The notes under the pieces were generated by a model. The model made no database searches, was not told the origin of the DNA, and saw only the letters and a program-made list of their open reading frames with translations. DNA of 49,181 nucleotides, taken from Thraustochytrium aureum (taxonomy: Eukaryota). Positions 29,990 to 41,402 of this stretch are shown in pieces (within the stretch, counting starts at the first letter, position 1; every line of letters starts with the position of its first letter). The stretch is taken from the NCBI GenBank assembly GCA_012862495.1, contig BLSG01000411.1, positions 124,001 to 173,181 on the forward strand. The letters are read 5' to 3'. A program made the position numbers and the translations under genes.

Positions 29990-30495
29990 CTCACTCACTC
30001 ACTCACTCACCCTACTCACTCACTCACCCAATCACTCACTCACTCACTGCGTCCCCTTCCTCCTCCTCCTCCTCGCCCCTTCCTCCTCCCGCGCCTCTCG
30101 GCCGGCTCCCTCACAAGCGTACGTCTACGCCTCACATCGTATGTGACCAACGGCGAACAGAGGGGGCCTGAGGCTGCTCGCCTCCTAGTGTTCTCCTGAC
30201 GAAGGAAGTAAGCAAGAAACGAAGGAAGTAAGCAAGGAAGGCAGGAAGGAAGCAAGGAAGGAGGAAGGAAGCAAGGAAGGAAGGAGCATGGAAGGCGTAG
30301 GAGGCCTCACGACCGCACGCTGCAGTCTGTACTCACTCCGCGCTCTGCCCGACGCGATTCATTCCACTTACGACATCGCGTCTCTTCGCCCAGCGGGATC
30401 CTGCATCAGGCCTGTCCGTGCACCTCTCACGCACGCCACGCACGCACGCCCGCCCGCCTGCCCGCCCGCCCGCCCCCACGCACGCACGGACGCAC

Positions 30496-30530
<35 letters not shown>

Positions 30531-30745
30531 CGGATGGCTTGGGATCCGCATCGCGGCGCCAACGCTCGCCTTCCTTGGACCGTCGGTGGTGGTGGTGGTG
30601 GTGCTCGTTCAATCAAGTTGCTGTTGCTGGTGTTTCGTTCGCCCTCTCGGCCTGAGCAGTACGCCATTCCGATGCGGGCCTGCCCCGTGCCCGCCAGCCG
30701 AGCAAACGAGCAGCAATCAATCAATCAATCAATCAAATCACTCAA
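29990..30745. repeat. Microsatellite cluster (CACT)n, (GAAG)n-rich, (GCAA)n, (GGT)n, (CAAT)n
   Basis: Direct reading at about 29990-30048, 30200-30285, 30495-30530, 30585-30603 and 30714-30741. Confidence 0.88.
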
Positions 30746-33685
30746 TCGTGTTCGGTTGTTTGCTTGTGCGCTGCTTTCGCGTCGCGCTGGTCGCCCGCCA
30801 CGTGCAGGCGACGAGCGAGAATCGTGGCGGGGCACTGGCAGGCGAGGGGCTCCTCGAACGAACGAATGCCACAAAGGGGAGAGGAGAGGAGAAGAGGGGG
30901 AGAGGGGAGGGGAGGGGAGGGAGGAGGAAGAAGCAGCCTCTGAGGGCGCGCCGCCGTGTGGTCTTGCGGCCAGGAAGCGCAGCATACCGGCCGGCATACC
31001 TACTTCTTTCGAAGGGGAGAACCAAGTACGGTTCGAGTACACGGAGGCGCCAGGACGCAGAGGGGGAAGGAGGTAAGTAGTGCGAACTCTGGCTCGCAGC
31101 TCAGGGTGGAGAGGGAACGGAAAGCAAGGATCCCATGGAGGACTCGGAACGAATTGCTCCAACATCCACCATGCAAGTGAATGATTGAATGCCAGCGAAT
31201 GCCACGAGTGAGTGCCACGGAGCGCCCCAGGCGGGTTTTTCGAGTTGTTTGTGATGACTTGGAGATTCACTCAGACTTGTACTGTACTCTGCTACCTCAC
31301 TTGCAGCGCACGCCAGCAGGTCTCGATCGCGCCGAAACGAAACGACAGGGCATTGGCCTGCACGTCGCTTCTCGCGCTTCTGAAAGTGTCGTCGCTGGCA
31401 AGGGGTAGCATTGGGCCACCGACCGGTTGGCGTGACAGTGAGGTACTCTAGTGTCGTCAATCCTCTTTGCCCCCGAGCAGGCTGCAAACAAACGCCGCCT
31501 CGAGGAAAGGGGCCGTTTCGCCTCGCCACGCGCGCGTACGGGCGTCATCCTCACGGTTCAAGTTGTTGACTCATCATACCAAGCACCACTGACACCTCTA
31601 GAGGGAGTACTTCCGAACATCGAAACGATCGGTGGATCACATGCACGCCAGGCAGGCAGGCAGGCTCTGCAGGTGCCGCTTCCTTCTTCTTCCCCCTCAC
31701 AGGAGCTGCGGCGCAGCCCTCGGCAAGCTCTCCATGGGCTCCGGGTGGGAATGCCACCAGGCTGCTGCTACTGCACATACTTCATCATGGTACTCTACTC
31801 CTCACGCGGCCTTGCGTCACCGGTGACAGGCAGGCGCCCGCTACTCTCGAGGCACTCGGGGCAGCAGGGGTTCGATCGAGCCCCTCCTCGTCGCTCGCCT
31901 CCGTCGCGGACCGTGCCGCTTGGTGCATGTTTTGTGCCTGCCACGATGGTCTCGGCCGACGAGAAACGCAACGCCGCAGTCCCTGAGTGGGCAGCGAACG
32001 GCTGTGAGGCGCCTCACACGAATGCCCGCGAACTGTCAACCCCCCCCTCATCGAACCGGGTGTGCGCTTTCGCCTCGTCCGCTGCAGAGGAGCTGGCGCA
32101 GTGCTCCGGCGGCCCGCCACTGGGATGAGCGGCTTCCCCTGCACCCCCTGCAGAGCCGCTGCAGCAGGCCGGCTGAAGGCGACGACGAGTTGAGGCCGCG
32201 CTGGCTGAGGCCGCCGGGCAGCCAGCCTTCCTTCCTTCCTTTCTTTCTTTCTTTCGCGAGCGCGCACCAGCTCGCGAGCGGTTGATTTCGCAAGAAACAC
32301 GAGAAAAAACAGCAAAAACGCGGCCCTGGTGAGGTCCGGCTCGAGGCAGAGACGCACGCCTCCTGCACGCGGCGGTGATGGCGCAGTGTGCCAGTGTGCA
32401 ATCCATTCAATTCAAACGAACGGATGGACGATGAGGATCAATCATGCGACGCGGATGCGGCGGGCCGCTTGAGCGGCGGCGCTTTTCAGCCCGGCCGGTG
32501 GCTTTGAGAACGGCCGTCGTCACACTCGTCTGCACGTTTCGGACCATGACGCCAAGCTCTGATTTGTTGCAATCGCGCGTCAGCGGGGCGAGAGGAGTGA
32601 GGTAGGTATTCCTACCCCGACGAGCCCTGAACAGCCCCACGAGAGCGCAGAGCAGAGTAATCTGGAGTTTGATGGGTAGGGAGTAGCCAGCCGCACGCGT
32701 ACTCTTCGCCGACAGGGTTCTGACTGCTGTCGCACCTGCCGGTGTAGGTAGGCGTCCTTGCCTGCTCTCTCCCTCGAGAGAGAGAGGGGCAAATCTGGCT
32801 CGCGCAGAGCCGCCAGCCTCAGAGCCAGGCAGGCACGGTGAGTAGAGTGAGTACGCACCATGAGGCAAACTCGACGCAAAGGGCGGGGTGATAAACACAA
32901 AACCAGCTCGTTTGGAATCTTCGCCGGTGCCCATGTGTACATTGCGTGAACAGACGGCGAGAGAAAGCCAGTCGAGCGCTTTCTGACCCTCCACCCCGCT
33001 CAACTCGAGCGCTGCAACTCGAGCGCTGCGCAGCGACAAAACCGACGCCCGCCACTGTCATGCGAACGAGTCGGCCGGTGCTGGCCCCGCTTTCCCTCCT
33101 GCGTTCGTTCATACACGCGGATCAGTCCATCAAGCAAGCTCTCGGCAATCTCCAGCAAGACGCACGGGCTCCGCGTCGCCGCCTGCGCCGCGGCTGATTG
33201 GCCTTCGCACCGCCTCGCGCAATGTTGACGCAAATGCGCCGAGGTTGGTTGTTGGTTGGCAGGTGGGGAGGGCTCGGCCTGCTCGCGGAAGGGGTGTGCG
33301 CCCCTGTAGCCAGCCAGCCAGCCAATCGCAGGCCGCCGGCAAACGGGAGCATCTCTTGAGCCAACGCACCCCGAACCGGCCCCGGCCCTGTGCAGTATTG
33401 CTAAGGGTCTTGAGCGGTGGGAATAAGCCGTGTGAGGAGAAGTCGCACCTCTACGGGCTCGTTCACCGCCGGACTCGGAGGGCGGGCGGGCGGGAGAGAG
33501 GGAGCGAGGGCTTGCGTGAGGACGATTCGGTTGGAGTCGTCGTTGTCGTCCTGTCGTCCGGGGAGCTGGCGGGCTGCGTTCGCGACGACAAGCACCATGC
33601 GCTGGATCGGAGCGATGCGATTGGTGGTCGGTTGTCTGGGTGGCCGCGGTCCCGTCACGTGAAATCCTGACACACCGGAGGTGCC

Positions 33686-34157
33686 CATCCATCCATCCAT
33701 CCATCCACATCCATACGTATGCGTGCATGTACATTTCATAACGGCATCCAGGAACGGACGGCCTGCCGCACGTTGCCGGACACCTGCCTACCTACTCCTC
33801 CCAGCACAGCAGCCAACGCCGTGCGGCAAGCCGCGGCCCGACGCGACGCGACGTGTCGCAGCGTGTCGCAGCGTGTCGCTCGCTCGCTCGCTCGCTCGCT
33901 CTTCAATTCCTGTCGTTTCCTGTCCTTTCCTGTCCTTTCCTTTCCTCCAGCGCGCCAGTTGTTGCAACGATGCAAAAGGAGACTCTGTCCGCGTGATTTT
34001 GACTTGGTCCGGGGCAGGCAACTATTTTCTCACCGCGGCGCACGTTTTTCCTGCCTGATTCGGACCCCTCCCTCCTGCCTGGTGTTGTTCTCGTTGCTTT
34101 TCCGTCGGTCTGGCAGGGGAGCTGTTCTGTTCTGCATGAATGAATGAATGAATGAAT
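33686..34157. repeat. Microsatellites (CCAT)n, (CGCT)n, (TGAA)n
   Basis: Direct reading at about 33686-33706, 33877-33901 and 34136-34157. Confidence 0.85.
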
Positions 34158-36072
34158 TCAAGTTTGCGCGGCAGACGAGTGGCAAAAGTATGCCGCCGCT
34201 CGCACGAAGGAACGAACGCGAAGTGGAGTGGTATCCAGCCCCTCTTATCGTATGCAGAGGATCCAATCTTGAAGGAAAAGGAAGAAAGGAAAGCAAGCGC
34301 ATCCGTCCGCACTCCACGAGGCCAGGTGTGGCCGAGCCCCACCCGACGGGCGGACAGAAACAAAACTTGTTACTTTAGGAATCTGCTTTTGTCGGAGAAG
34401 TTCGCTTTCGTTTTCGATTCAAGACAGGGATGTCTGCGGCGGTGTGGAGCGCACGTGCTCTGGTGCGGGCAGCACACGGTGAAGTGCTGGAGCGTCGCCA
34501 GAGCGTCACCGCGCCGTTGCTCCCCTGCAAGAAAGAGGCTGCCTGCGATGACAACCTCAACCGCCTCAACCGCCTCAACCGCTTGGCGTGCGCATGCTTC
34601 TTGATCGAGAGCGAGGGAGTTCCCATCGGGCCCTGAGGTGCGGCGCGGGAGGAGGATGGAACGGGTGAAGTACTCGGCGTCCAGTCGGGGAAGCTGGGGG
34701 TGCAGTGTCGTGGACTGCATCGAGAAAACCCGCGAAATTGGCAACACGGATGGTATCTTGTGGCGAGCGTTCGGGTACAATTCTTGCGCGTGGCTCTCGC
34801 CGTGTGGCTCCAAGTACCGGTGTGAGTGGACTACCTACCTGCTCGAGCAGGCTACCTACCCACTCAAGCAGACTACGTAGCGCCACCTGGACGTGATTGC
34901 GCGCTGGCGCGTGTCGTCGCCAGTGCCGCTTGACTTGCAGGGCGAGTACGAGCACTTGCAAAAACCAAAATTGAGTACCTGAGTACTTACCCACTACCTT
35001 ACCTTACGCTGACTACCTGCTCTTCACGGTGCGGTGCAAGGGGCGGCCGTGCAAGGAGCGGAGCGATCGACCGCAAGCCACTTGCAAGGAGGATCCTCCT
35101 TGCTTGTCGCTCCTTCGCTTCGTCTACAAAGGGAGCACCGCCGCTCCAGTTCCTCGCGGCCCGGGTGTGTGCTTGCGCGCTTGCGTGCTTGCGTGTGCTC
35201 CACTCGCCAGGAAGCAAGCAAGCAGCGACTCTAATCTAGAAAGAAAGATCATACGCGCGGGGCTGCGCTCGACAATCGCGCCACGTCCCGAACACTGGAT
35301 CCTGGCCGGGATCTGGGAGGAGGTACGACTCGGAGGCGGCGGCGTCCTGGAAACTTGTCGGCTCAGAACGCGCTGCAAGGGTCGGTTTGTCGCCCAGGTC
35401 CATCAATCTGAAAGTTTGTCGCAAACGCAACTTTTTCGCACAAAAAAAAAGAAAAAAAAAAGGTTGTTTTTGGTCGTCAAGAGCTGACCGACCTTGGTCA
35501 GGCGGGTCGAGGCTTCGAGGATTTGCGGGCGGCTGCGGCAGCGGCTCAGCCCTGCCGATCGCGCGCTGCCGCTGCGCAGATTCGATTGTTTGTTCGAAGG
35601 CGCCTCGGGGCGCGCCCGCCCTGCCACAGGCGCGCCTGCTCAGCTCAGCTCCTCCTCCAGAGGGGGAGCTTGGGCAGCAGGCGTGGGGCGGGGCTGCTCG
35701 TGTGTTGCCAGCGCGCTTTCTGGGCCGCTCGCACCGCACTTCGTGTTTCGCAGCCGCTGTCGTCGCCCATTCGGTCCAAGGCCGATTTAATTTTTAAAAA
35801 GTGTCGCCGCGGCTTTCGACAACGGGTTGCCCGACTCGACAACGACGCCGCAACGGCGAGCTGGACACCCTGAAAGCAGAACAGAACACGCAAACTACCG
35901 GTATGAACAGAATACTCCAGGGTACTTCGCGAAACAGCCACGCTTGCCACCTTCCTCTGCCGCAAAGCGGAGGCGATTCTGCTCGCCAAGGCCAACCCGC
36001 GCGAACCGACTGAGCGACCCACACGGCCCACAAACAGCCCAAGCGCCACGCAGCCTTCTTGCCAGGCCATTT

Positions 36073-38403
36073 TCAAAACCCGTTTTGAGTGAATCGCAGG
36101 CGCAGCCAGTTACCCCATTGCATGTATGGGATGCCAGACTCCAACGCGCACTGGTGCATGGCCGCGCTCCGACGAACCGACTCGGCCATCTCGGCAGCCG
36201 CGTTCGTCTGCGCGGTGAGGCGCGCAACACGATCCGGAAACAGCACTGCCTCCACAGACATAAACAGAAGGTGAAAGTGCAGGCGCTCCAGCTCTGCTAT
36301 GCCGAGCCGCCCAGCAAAGCCCTCGGCGCCAGACGCAATGCCCAGGCCGTGCTGCAAAAACGCCTGCACAAACTGGCCAAGCGGCGAGCGCGCTCCTGCA
36401 CTGTTGTCCAGGGCCGGGTTATCGTCATGCTGCGAAAGCGCAGCAGCGGTCCACTGCCCAGGGCGAGCGCCCGAGCCAACGTGAATCGGCGGCAAGCTCG
36501 GCAACCTCATCCCCATGATGTGGGCGGGCACCAAGCCCGTCTCGAACCTGTACACAAACACAGAGTTCACGGGGCGCCGCTTGTGCGTCAGCACGGCCGC
36601 CCCGAAGGCGACGTGGTTGGCCCCGCCGAACGAAACAATGTCCCCGTGTCGCAACGGGTACTCTTGCACACGCACGCCGTTCACAAGGATGCCATTCGTG
36701 CTCTCCAAGTCGCGAATCACCCAGGCCAGCTCGTGCGTGCCACTGAGGTCCGCATTGGGCGAGAACGGAGACGCTGCCGCGCCGTTCGCGCTTGTTTGGT
36801 CCGTTCGCGAAGTAGAGTACTTGGACACGACTTCCCGCATGGCGTCCTCGGCGTCCTCGGCACTGTCGCCCGCGTTGCTGTCCACCTCTCCATCCCCTGG
36901 GTGCTGCAACAGTTGATGCACGCACGAAAACTTGATTTGTGCGTGACGCCTGCTGATCTGCCTGTCCGTGGAGGTGCTGTCCAGCCGCACAAACCCAACG
37001 CGACGCTGCGAGGCGCGGCCACCTCCGCTTGCGCGCGTCCGGAACAGCTTGACTGCGTCTTCGTACGTCTGCCGCCCAAAGTGGACCACGTCTTGCTCTG
37101 CTGGATCGAGGCAGATCTCGCTTGGCACGTGCTCCTTGTTCGCGTCGCGCTCTCGGGCGGCGGCCATCGCCCGGCGCGCCTCCTGCGCCTCGGCCTCCTC
37201 TTGCGCCTCGGCGGTGTTTTGCACGTCCAGCGGGGCAATACGCATCGAGTCCCCCTTGAGGTCTTCCGGCTCGTGCACCAGGACGAGCCGGGCTCGGCCA
37301 GACCCAAGCTCACCCATATCGCCGTAAAAGGAGGATCCCTCGCCAACGGACGCGGCTCCACCAAAGCTCCCAATGGTCGGCCTCCTGTCCTGCTGCAGGT
37401 CACCCTTCGCGGCGAGGCCCGCTCCAGCCGCGCCGTATGCGCGGTCCCCGTGCGCCACCGCGCGCGTGGACAGCCCGGCTAGCCCCCCGGGAAACCCAAC
37501 ACCTTGGCTTGAGCCCGACTGGCCGCTCGCGCTGCCCGCCGAGGCCCACCCGCCGCTAGCTGCCCTCGTTGCGGCGGCGAGCGCCGCGTTGAGGATAGAG
37601 GTCTTGAGCTGCTCTTCGACGGCCTCCAGCCGTGTCGCCATGAACGCTTTCCAGTCCGAGAGGTCTGCGTCGGCTTCGCTTTCTTCGCAATCTGCCAGCC
37701 CTCCGTCTGTACTCTCGCCGCTAGGGGACATCTTGCTACCATCCTGGTCGTTCGCGGGAAACAGAGCAGAACGCTCCACGCTCGCCGAGCTCCCAGGCGA
37801 CTCCCCCTCGCCGAGCACAGCTCCGAATCCAGGCGCCCGCCCCGCCGCCCCACCATGCCCATGCTCTGCTATGATTCGTGTGCTCTTTGCCCGCAAAGGG
37901 ACCTCGCTGTACAGCTCGAGCGCGCTCAGGTGAGCCGCATCTGCCTCGTCGAGCATGCTGCGTGCGTGGTACAGCATCGCCAGCGACGACAGCGACCGGG
38001 CCACGAGCTTTTTCAGCCCGTCGTCGCGCGGGTCCTCGTCGAGGCAGGCGCGTCGTAACTTTAGTCCGAGCTGCACCAGCTCGAGCGCATCAGCAAAACC
38101 TGTGACCGCTTTGGGGCTTGCGCTGCCGCCCGCAACCTCGGTCCCCTCCTCGGCGCGCCAATTCGACTGCCGTTGAATCACATTCCCCAGCGAGTCGAAC
38201 AGCCAGGCCATCTCAAGCCGCTCGCTGCGCCGCGCTTCGCCGACCTCGAGCAGCGCTTTACAAGCGCCCTTGACATTATTCGCCCCAACCCCGACGCAGG
38301 CCTCCCCGACCAGCCGCACTAGCTCCGTGCACGCATCGTCCAGCCGCCCTTCGAGCCGAGCGTCGTTCACGCGCTTGCGCTCCTCCTCGCTCACCCTTGC
38401 CAT
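36073..38403 (-). CDS. FHA-domain protein with N-terminal TPR-like helices
   Basis: FHA motifs FGR, ISRRHAQI and IRDLESTNGILVNG..LRHGDIVSFG. TPR-like ARSLSSLAMLYHARSMLDEADAAHLSALELY. First ATG at 38403. Confidence 0.8.
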   Translation of the reverse strand: MARVSEEERKRVNDARLEGRLDDACTELVRLVGEACVGVGANNVKGACKALLEVGEARRSERLEMAWLFDSLGNVIQRQSNWRAEEGTEVAGGSASPKAVTGFADALELVQLGLKLRRACLDEDPRDDGLKKLVARSLSSLAMLYHARSMLDEADAAHLSALELYSEVPLRAKSTRIIAEHGHGGAAGRAPGFGAVLGEGESPGSSASVERSALFPANDQDGSKMSPSGESTDGGLADCEESEADADLSDWKAFMATRLEAVEEQLKTSILNAALAAATRAASGGWASAGSASGQSGSSQGVGFPGGLAGLSTRAVAHGDRAYGAAGAGLAAKGDLQQDRRPTIGSFGGAASVGEGSSFYGDMGELGSGRARLVLVHEPEDLKGDSMRIAPLDVQNTAEAQEEAEAQEARRAMAAARERDANKEHVPSEICLDPAEQDVVHFGRQTYEDAVKLFRTRASGGGRASQRRVGFVRLDSTSTDRQISRRHAQIKFSCVHQLLQHPGDGEVDSNAGDSAEDAEDAMREVVSKYSTSRTDQTSANGAAASPFSPNADLSGTHELAWVIRDLESTNGILVNGVRVQEYPLRHGDIVSFGGANHVAFGAAVLTHKRRPVNSVFVYRFETGLVPAHIMGMRLPSLPPIHVGSGARPGQWTAAALSQHDDNPALDNSAGARSPLGQFVQAFLQHGLGIASGAEGFAGRLGIAELERLHFHLLFMSVEAVLFPDRVARLTAQTNAAAEMAESVRRSAAMHQCALESGIPYMQWGNWLRLRFTQNGF

Positions 38404-38963
38404 CCCCGCGCCCGTCGCAGCTTTGGGCGGCTTGGCGCGTCCTCGACCGCCTTGAAAACCGGCCACCCGCCGCGGCCCCGTTGCAGACCGACCCGCGCCT
38501 CAGTCCGAGGTCCCTGGTCCGGCCGGCCGCCAAGCGCGACAATGCACAGGGCTTGTCGCCGCGCCCGCCCTGCCCTGCCCTGCCCTGCCCGCGCCGCGCA
38601 AGCCTCCTCCGCCTGGCTGTCCGTCCGCGTCCCCGTTCGGGCTCTGCGCGTCCAAAAACTGTGAATTCTGTCGAGTTTGGCCCAGATTTCTGCCCATTTT
38701 GGCCGCACTCCGGACGATCATGATCATCAATCGNNNNNNNNNNNNNNNNNNNNNNNNNNNNNNNNNNNNNNNNNNNNNNNNNNNNNNNNNNNNNNNNNNN
38801 NNNNNNNNNNNNNNNNNNNNNNNNNNNNNNNNNNNNNNNNNNNNNNNNNNNNNNNNNNNNNNNNNNNNNNNNNNNNNNNNNNNNNNNNNNNNNNNNNNNN
38901 NNNNNNNNNNNNNNNNNNNNNNNNNNNNNNNNNNNNNNNNNNNNNNNNNGGGTTGAAGACGAT

Positions 38964-39024
38964 GCCAGCCTGCCAGCCTGCCAGCCTGCCTGCCAGCCTG
39001 CCTGCCTGCCTGCTGGCTGGCTGG
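38964..39024. repeat. (GCCT/GCCA)n microsatellite next to the assembly gap
   Basis: Direct reading. Confidence 0.85.
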
Positions 39025-39556
39025 CACGGGCAGACGCAGCTCGGTGGGCTGGCCAAGCAGTCATGGGACGCGCGCGCGCTTGGCCGCTGGTGGGCCTCGT
39101 AGGCTTTGTGGATCTCGGGGCTGGGCTAGCTGCTGCTGACGTGCGGGTGCGGCCGCCAAGGCGCGAGGGGTCGTCGGCATCGACGATCTCGCGGACCTGG
39201 AAGTCAGACTGAAGACCACCGGCCAAAAAGGAGACGAGATGCTCGGGGAAGGGTGCGATTGATCGCGAGCTTCGCGGCGGTTCGGTGGCTCGAAAACCAA
39301 AGAACATGCCAGCACCGTCGCGACCGCCGCCCGCCATGAGACACCACTACACGAGCGCTTCCAGACCACGACGAAGGACGGAAGCGCGACACAACGCGCG
39401 CTTCGAGCAGCCCGCGCTGGCCCCTGGCGGTGGCGACGAGCAAGGCGACGAGCAGGCCCCTCGGCAAGCAAGAGGAAGAAGAGCGAGCGACAACCCTCCA
39501 GACACTCTGCAGAGTCGGCCCGGGTGGCTGCACAGCAGGCCTGCCGCCGAGAGAGG

Positions 39557-40996
39557 ATGAGCCAGCAGATCAACCAGGCCGTCAACCAGGTGCGGCTGAC
39601 CAATGTGGCCGTCGTCAAACTCAAGCGCAACGGCAAGCGGTTCGAGATCGCATGCTACCGCAACAAAGTGGACAACTGGAGGAGCCGCCTCGAAACGGAC
39701 ATCGAGGAGGTGCTGCAGATCGACCGCGTGTTCCAAAACGTGAGCAAAGGCGTCGTCGCAAAGAAAAAGGACCTCATTGACGCCTTTGGAACCGACGACC
39801 AACAGCAAGTGTGCCGCATCATCCTCGACAAAGGCAGCTCGCAAGTCTCCGACCGCGAACGCCAGATGCAGTACGAGGCGACCTTCCGCAATGTAGCCAC
39901 GATAGTGGCGGAGAAGTGCGTCAACCCCACCACCATGCGGCCCTACCCCGTCTCCACCATCGAAACCGCCATGCGGTCCACGATCCACTTTGCTGTCGTC
40001 CCAACAAGGTCGGCAAAGCAACAAGCCCTGGAGGTCATGCGCCAGCTGGAACTGCACATGCCCATCAAGCGCGCGCAGATGCTCGTTCGCCTCTCCGTCG
40101 CTGGCCACCTCAAGGGCAAAGTGGAGGCGACGCTCGCCAAGATGCGCTGCAGCGTCTCCAAGGCGGAGACTGGAGCACAAGGCTCGTTTTCGGCTCAGGC
40201 GCTCATTGACCCGGGCGACTTTGGCCCTCTCGCGGAGTTTCTGGCATTGCTCACTCCCGCAGGAACGCTCGAGGTCAAGGACTTTAGCGTGCAGAACGAT
40301 GAAGAGGTCGACGTCGAGGCAGAGACTTCCGGTGTGGCCAGACCGGGCCCTGGGCAGTCGTCCCGCGACGCAAGTCTTGACGACGAAGATGCGCCAAAGG
40401 TGATCTCGCTCGCGTCTAGCCTGCCGACTGGGATCGCAGAGGGCGACGAGGATGCCGAGCGCGACGCCGACGGAAGCGACGCCGGCGCTGCGACCGACGA
40501 CGAGAGCGCGAGCGACGGTCCAGACCCATACGCTGAGCAGGTTGCCGCCCAGGAGCAGCTCAAGAAAATGAGCTTGAAGGACAAGAAGAAGCGCCGCAAG
40601 GAGCAGCGACGCCAAGAGCGCGGGCACGCCGACACCGCGGAGGAGGGCGACGCCAACTTGGAGCCAGGCGCGCAAGATCCCTCCCCGCCAGCGGCGAGCG
40701 CGCAAGGCGCCGTTGCGCAGCAAGCTGCTGCAGCTGCGCCCGCCCCGCCTTCTGCGGCGCCGGCCCCTTCTGGCAAGCCAGTGGACCCGTCGGCTGCGGC
40801 CGTCGGCGGGCTCAAGTGCCTCACCTGCGCGGTGAGCTTTGGCAACGACCGCAACCTGCAGCGGGACCACTACCGGACGGACTTGCACCGTCTCAACCTC
40901 AAGCTGAAAATGAAAAACCTGCCGTGCATGACGGAGGAGGAGTACAGCCTCCTCGCGCCCGAGGAGCGCGACAGCATCCTGCACGACTACATGTAA
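39557..40996 (+). CDS. SBDS: Ribosome maturation factor SBDS/Sdo1 with acidic linker and C-terminal zinc finger
   Basis: NQVRLTNVAVVKLKRNGKRFEIACYRNKV, EEVLQIDRVFQNVSKG, CVNPTTMRPYP and KQQALEV. Terminal CLTC..QRDHYRTDLHRLNLK. Confidence 0.95.
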   Translation: MSQQINQAVNQVRLTNVAVVKLKRNGKRFEIACYRNKVDNWRSRLETDIEEVLQIDRVFQNVSKGVVAKKKDLIDAFGTDDQQQVCRIILDKGSSQVSDRERQMQYEATFRNVATIVAEKCVNPTTMRPYPVSTIETAMRSTIHFAVVPTRSAKQQALEVMRQLELHMPIKRAQMLVRLSVAGHLKGKVEATLAKMRCSVSKAETGAQGSFSAQALIDPGDFGPLAEFLALLTPAGTLEVKDFSVQNDEEVDVEAETSGVARPGPGQSSRDASLDDEDAPKVISLASSLPTGIAEGDEDAERDADGSDAGAATDDESASDGPDPYAEQVAAQEQLKKMSLKDKKKRRKEQRRQERGHADTAEEGDANLEPGAQDPSPPAASAQGAVAQQAAAAAPAPPSAAPAPSGKPVDPSAAAVGGLKCLTCAVSFGNDRNLQRDHYRTDLHRLNLKLKMKNLPCMTEEEYSLLAPEERDSILHDYM

Positions 40997-41073
40997 ATGC
41001 TCCGCATCAGTTCCTCGTCGTTCTAGCTCGCTATCTCCGCAGAGGGCAGCACCGCCGGCTGCGCGACCGTCCG

Positions 41074-41402
41074 TCACGGGTCCTGTGCGAGCCGCCGGCT
41101 CGTCGCCGCTGTATTCCACATGGCTCGGTCCTCCGTGTTCACATTCTTGCGTTTCAAGAGCAGCTGTGGCGGGACAAGCGCGCCGCGGCCAGCTGGCGGC
41201 CCAACTCGCGCGCCGCTGGTCCTGTCCCCTGCCTCCGCTCCAGCCAGCCCCTCCCCGCGCCCCAAAAACGACGGCAGCGCAGCCTTGGCCGCCGTCCTGC
41301 CAGCGTCTACCTGCCACCCTCGCAGCCTGCTCCTCGCCGTGCGCGAGCTTGGCGCGCTTGGCGGCGCGAAGGCCGTCGTCCGGGCCGTCAGCCGGGCCGT
41401 CA
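41074..41402 (-). CDS. 3' fragment of a hypothetical protein; 5' part lies in the gap
   Basis: DGPDDGLRAAKRAKLAHGEE.., then after a one-base frame switch near 41310-41319, ..LVPPQLLLKRKNVNTEDRAMWNT..stop. Convergent with SBDS. Confidence 0.45.

Noticed and set aside
31030..31041. B-box-like GGTTCGAGTAC
   Set aside because: No acceptor stem, D arm or anticodon arm around it; not a tRNA.
34982..34992. TACTTACC resembling the U1 snRNA 5' end
   Set aside because: No U1 stem-loops or Sm site follow; better read as a minus-strand donor.
30288..34994. Many 100-260 aa ORFs in the long intergenic region
   Set aside because: They translate microsatellites and Arg/Ala/Pro-rich noise with no recognisable domain.
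35827..37482. 551-aa plus-strand ORF (likewise 1167-2492 and 20121-21320)
   Set aside because: Antisense shadows of motif-supported genes.
39347..41317. 656-aa minus-strand ORF
   Set aside because: Antisense shadow of SBDS.
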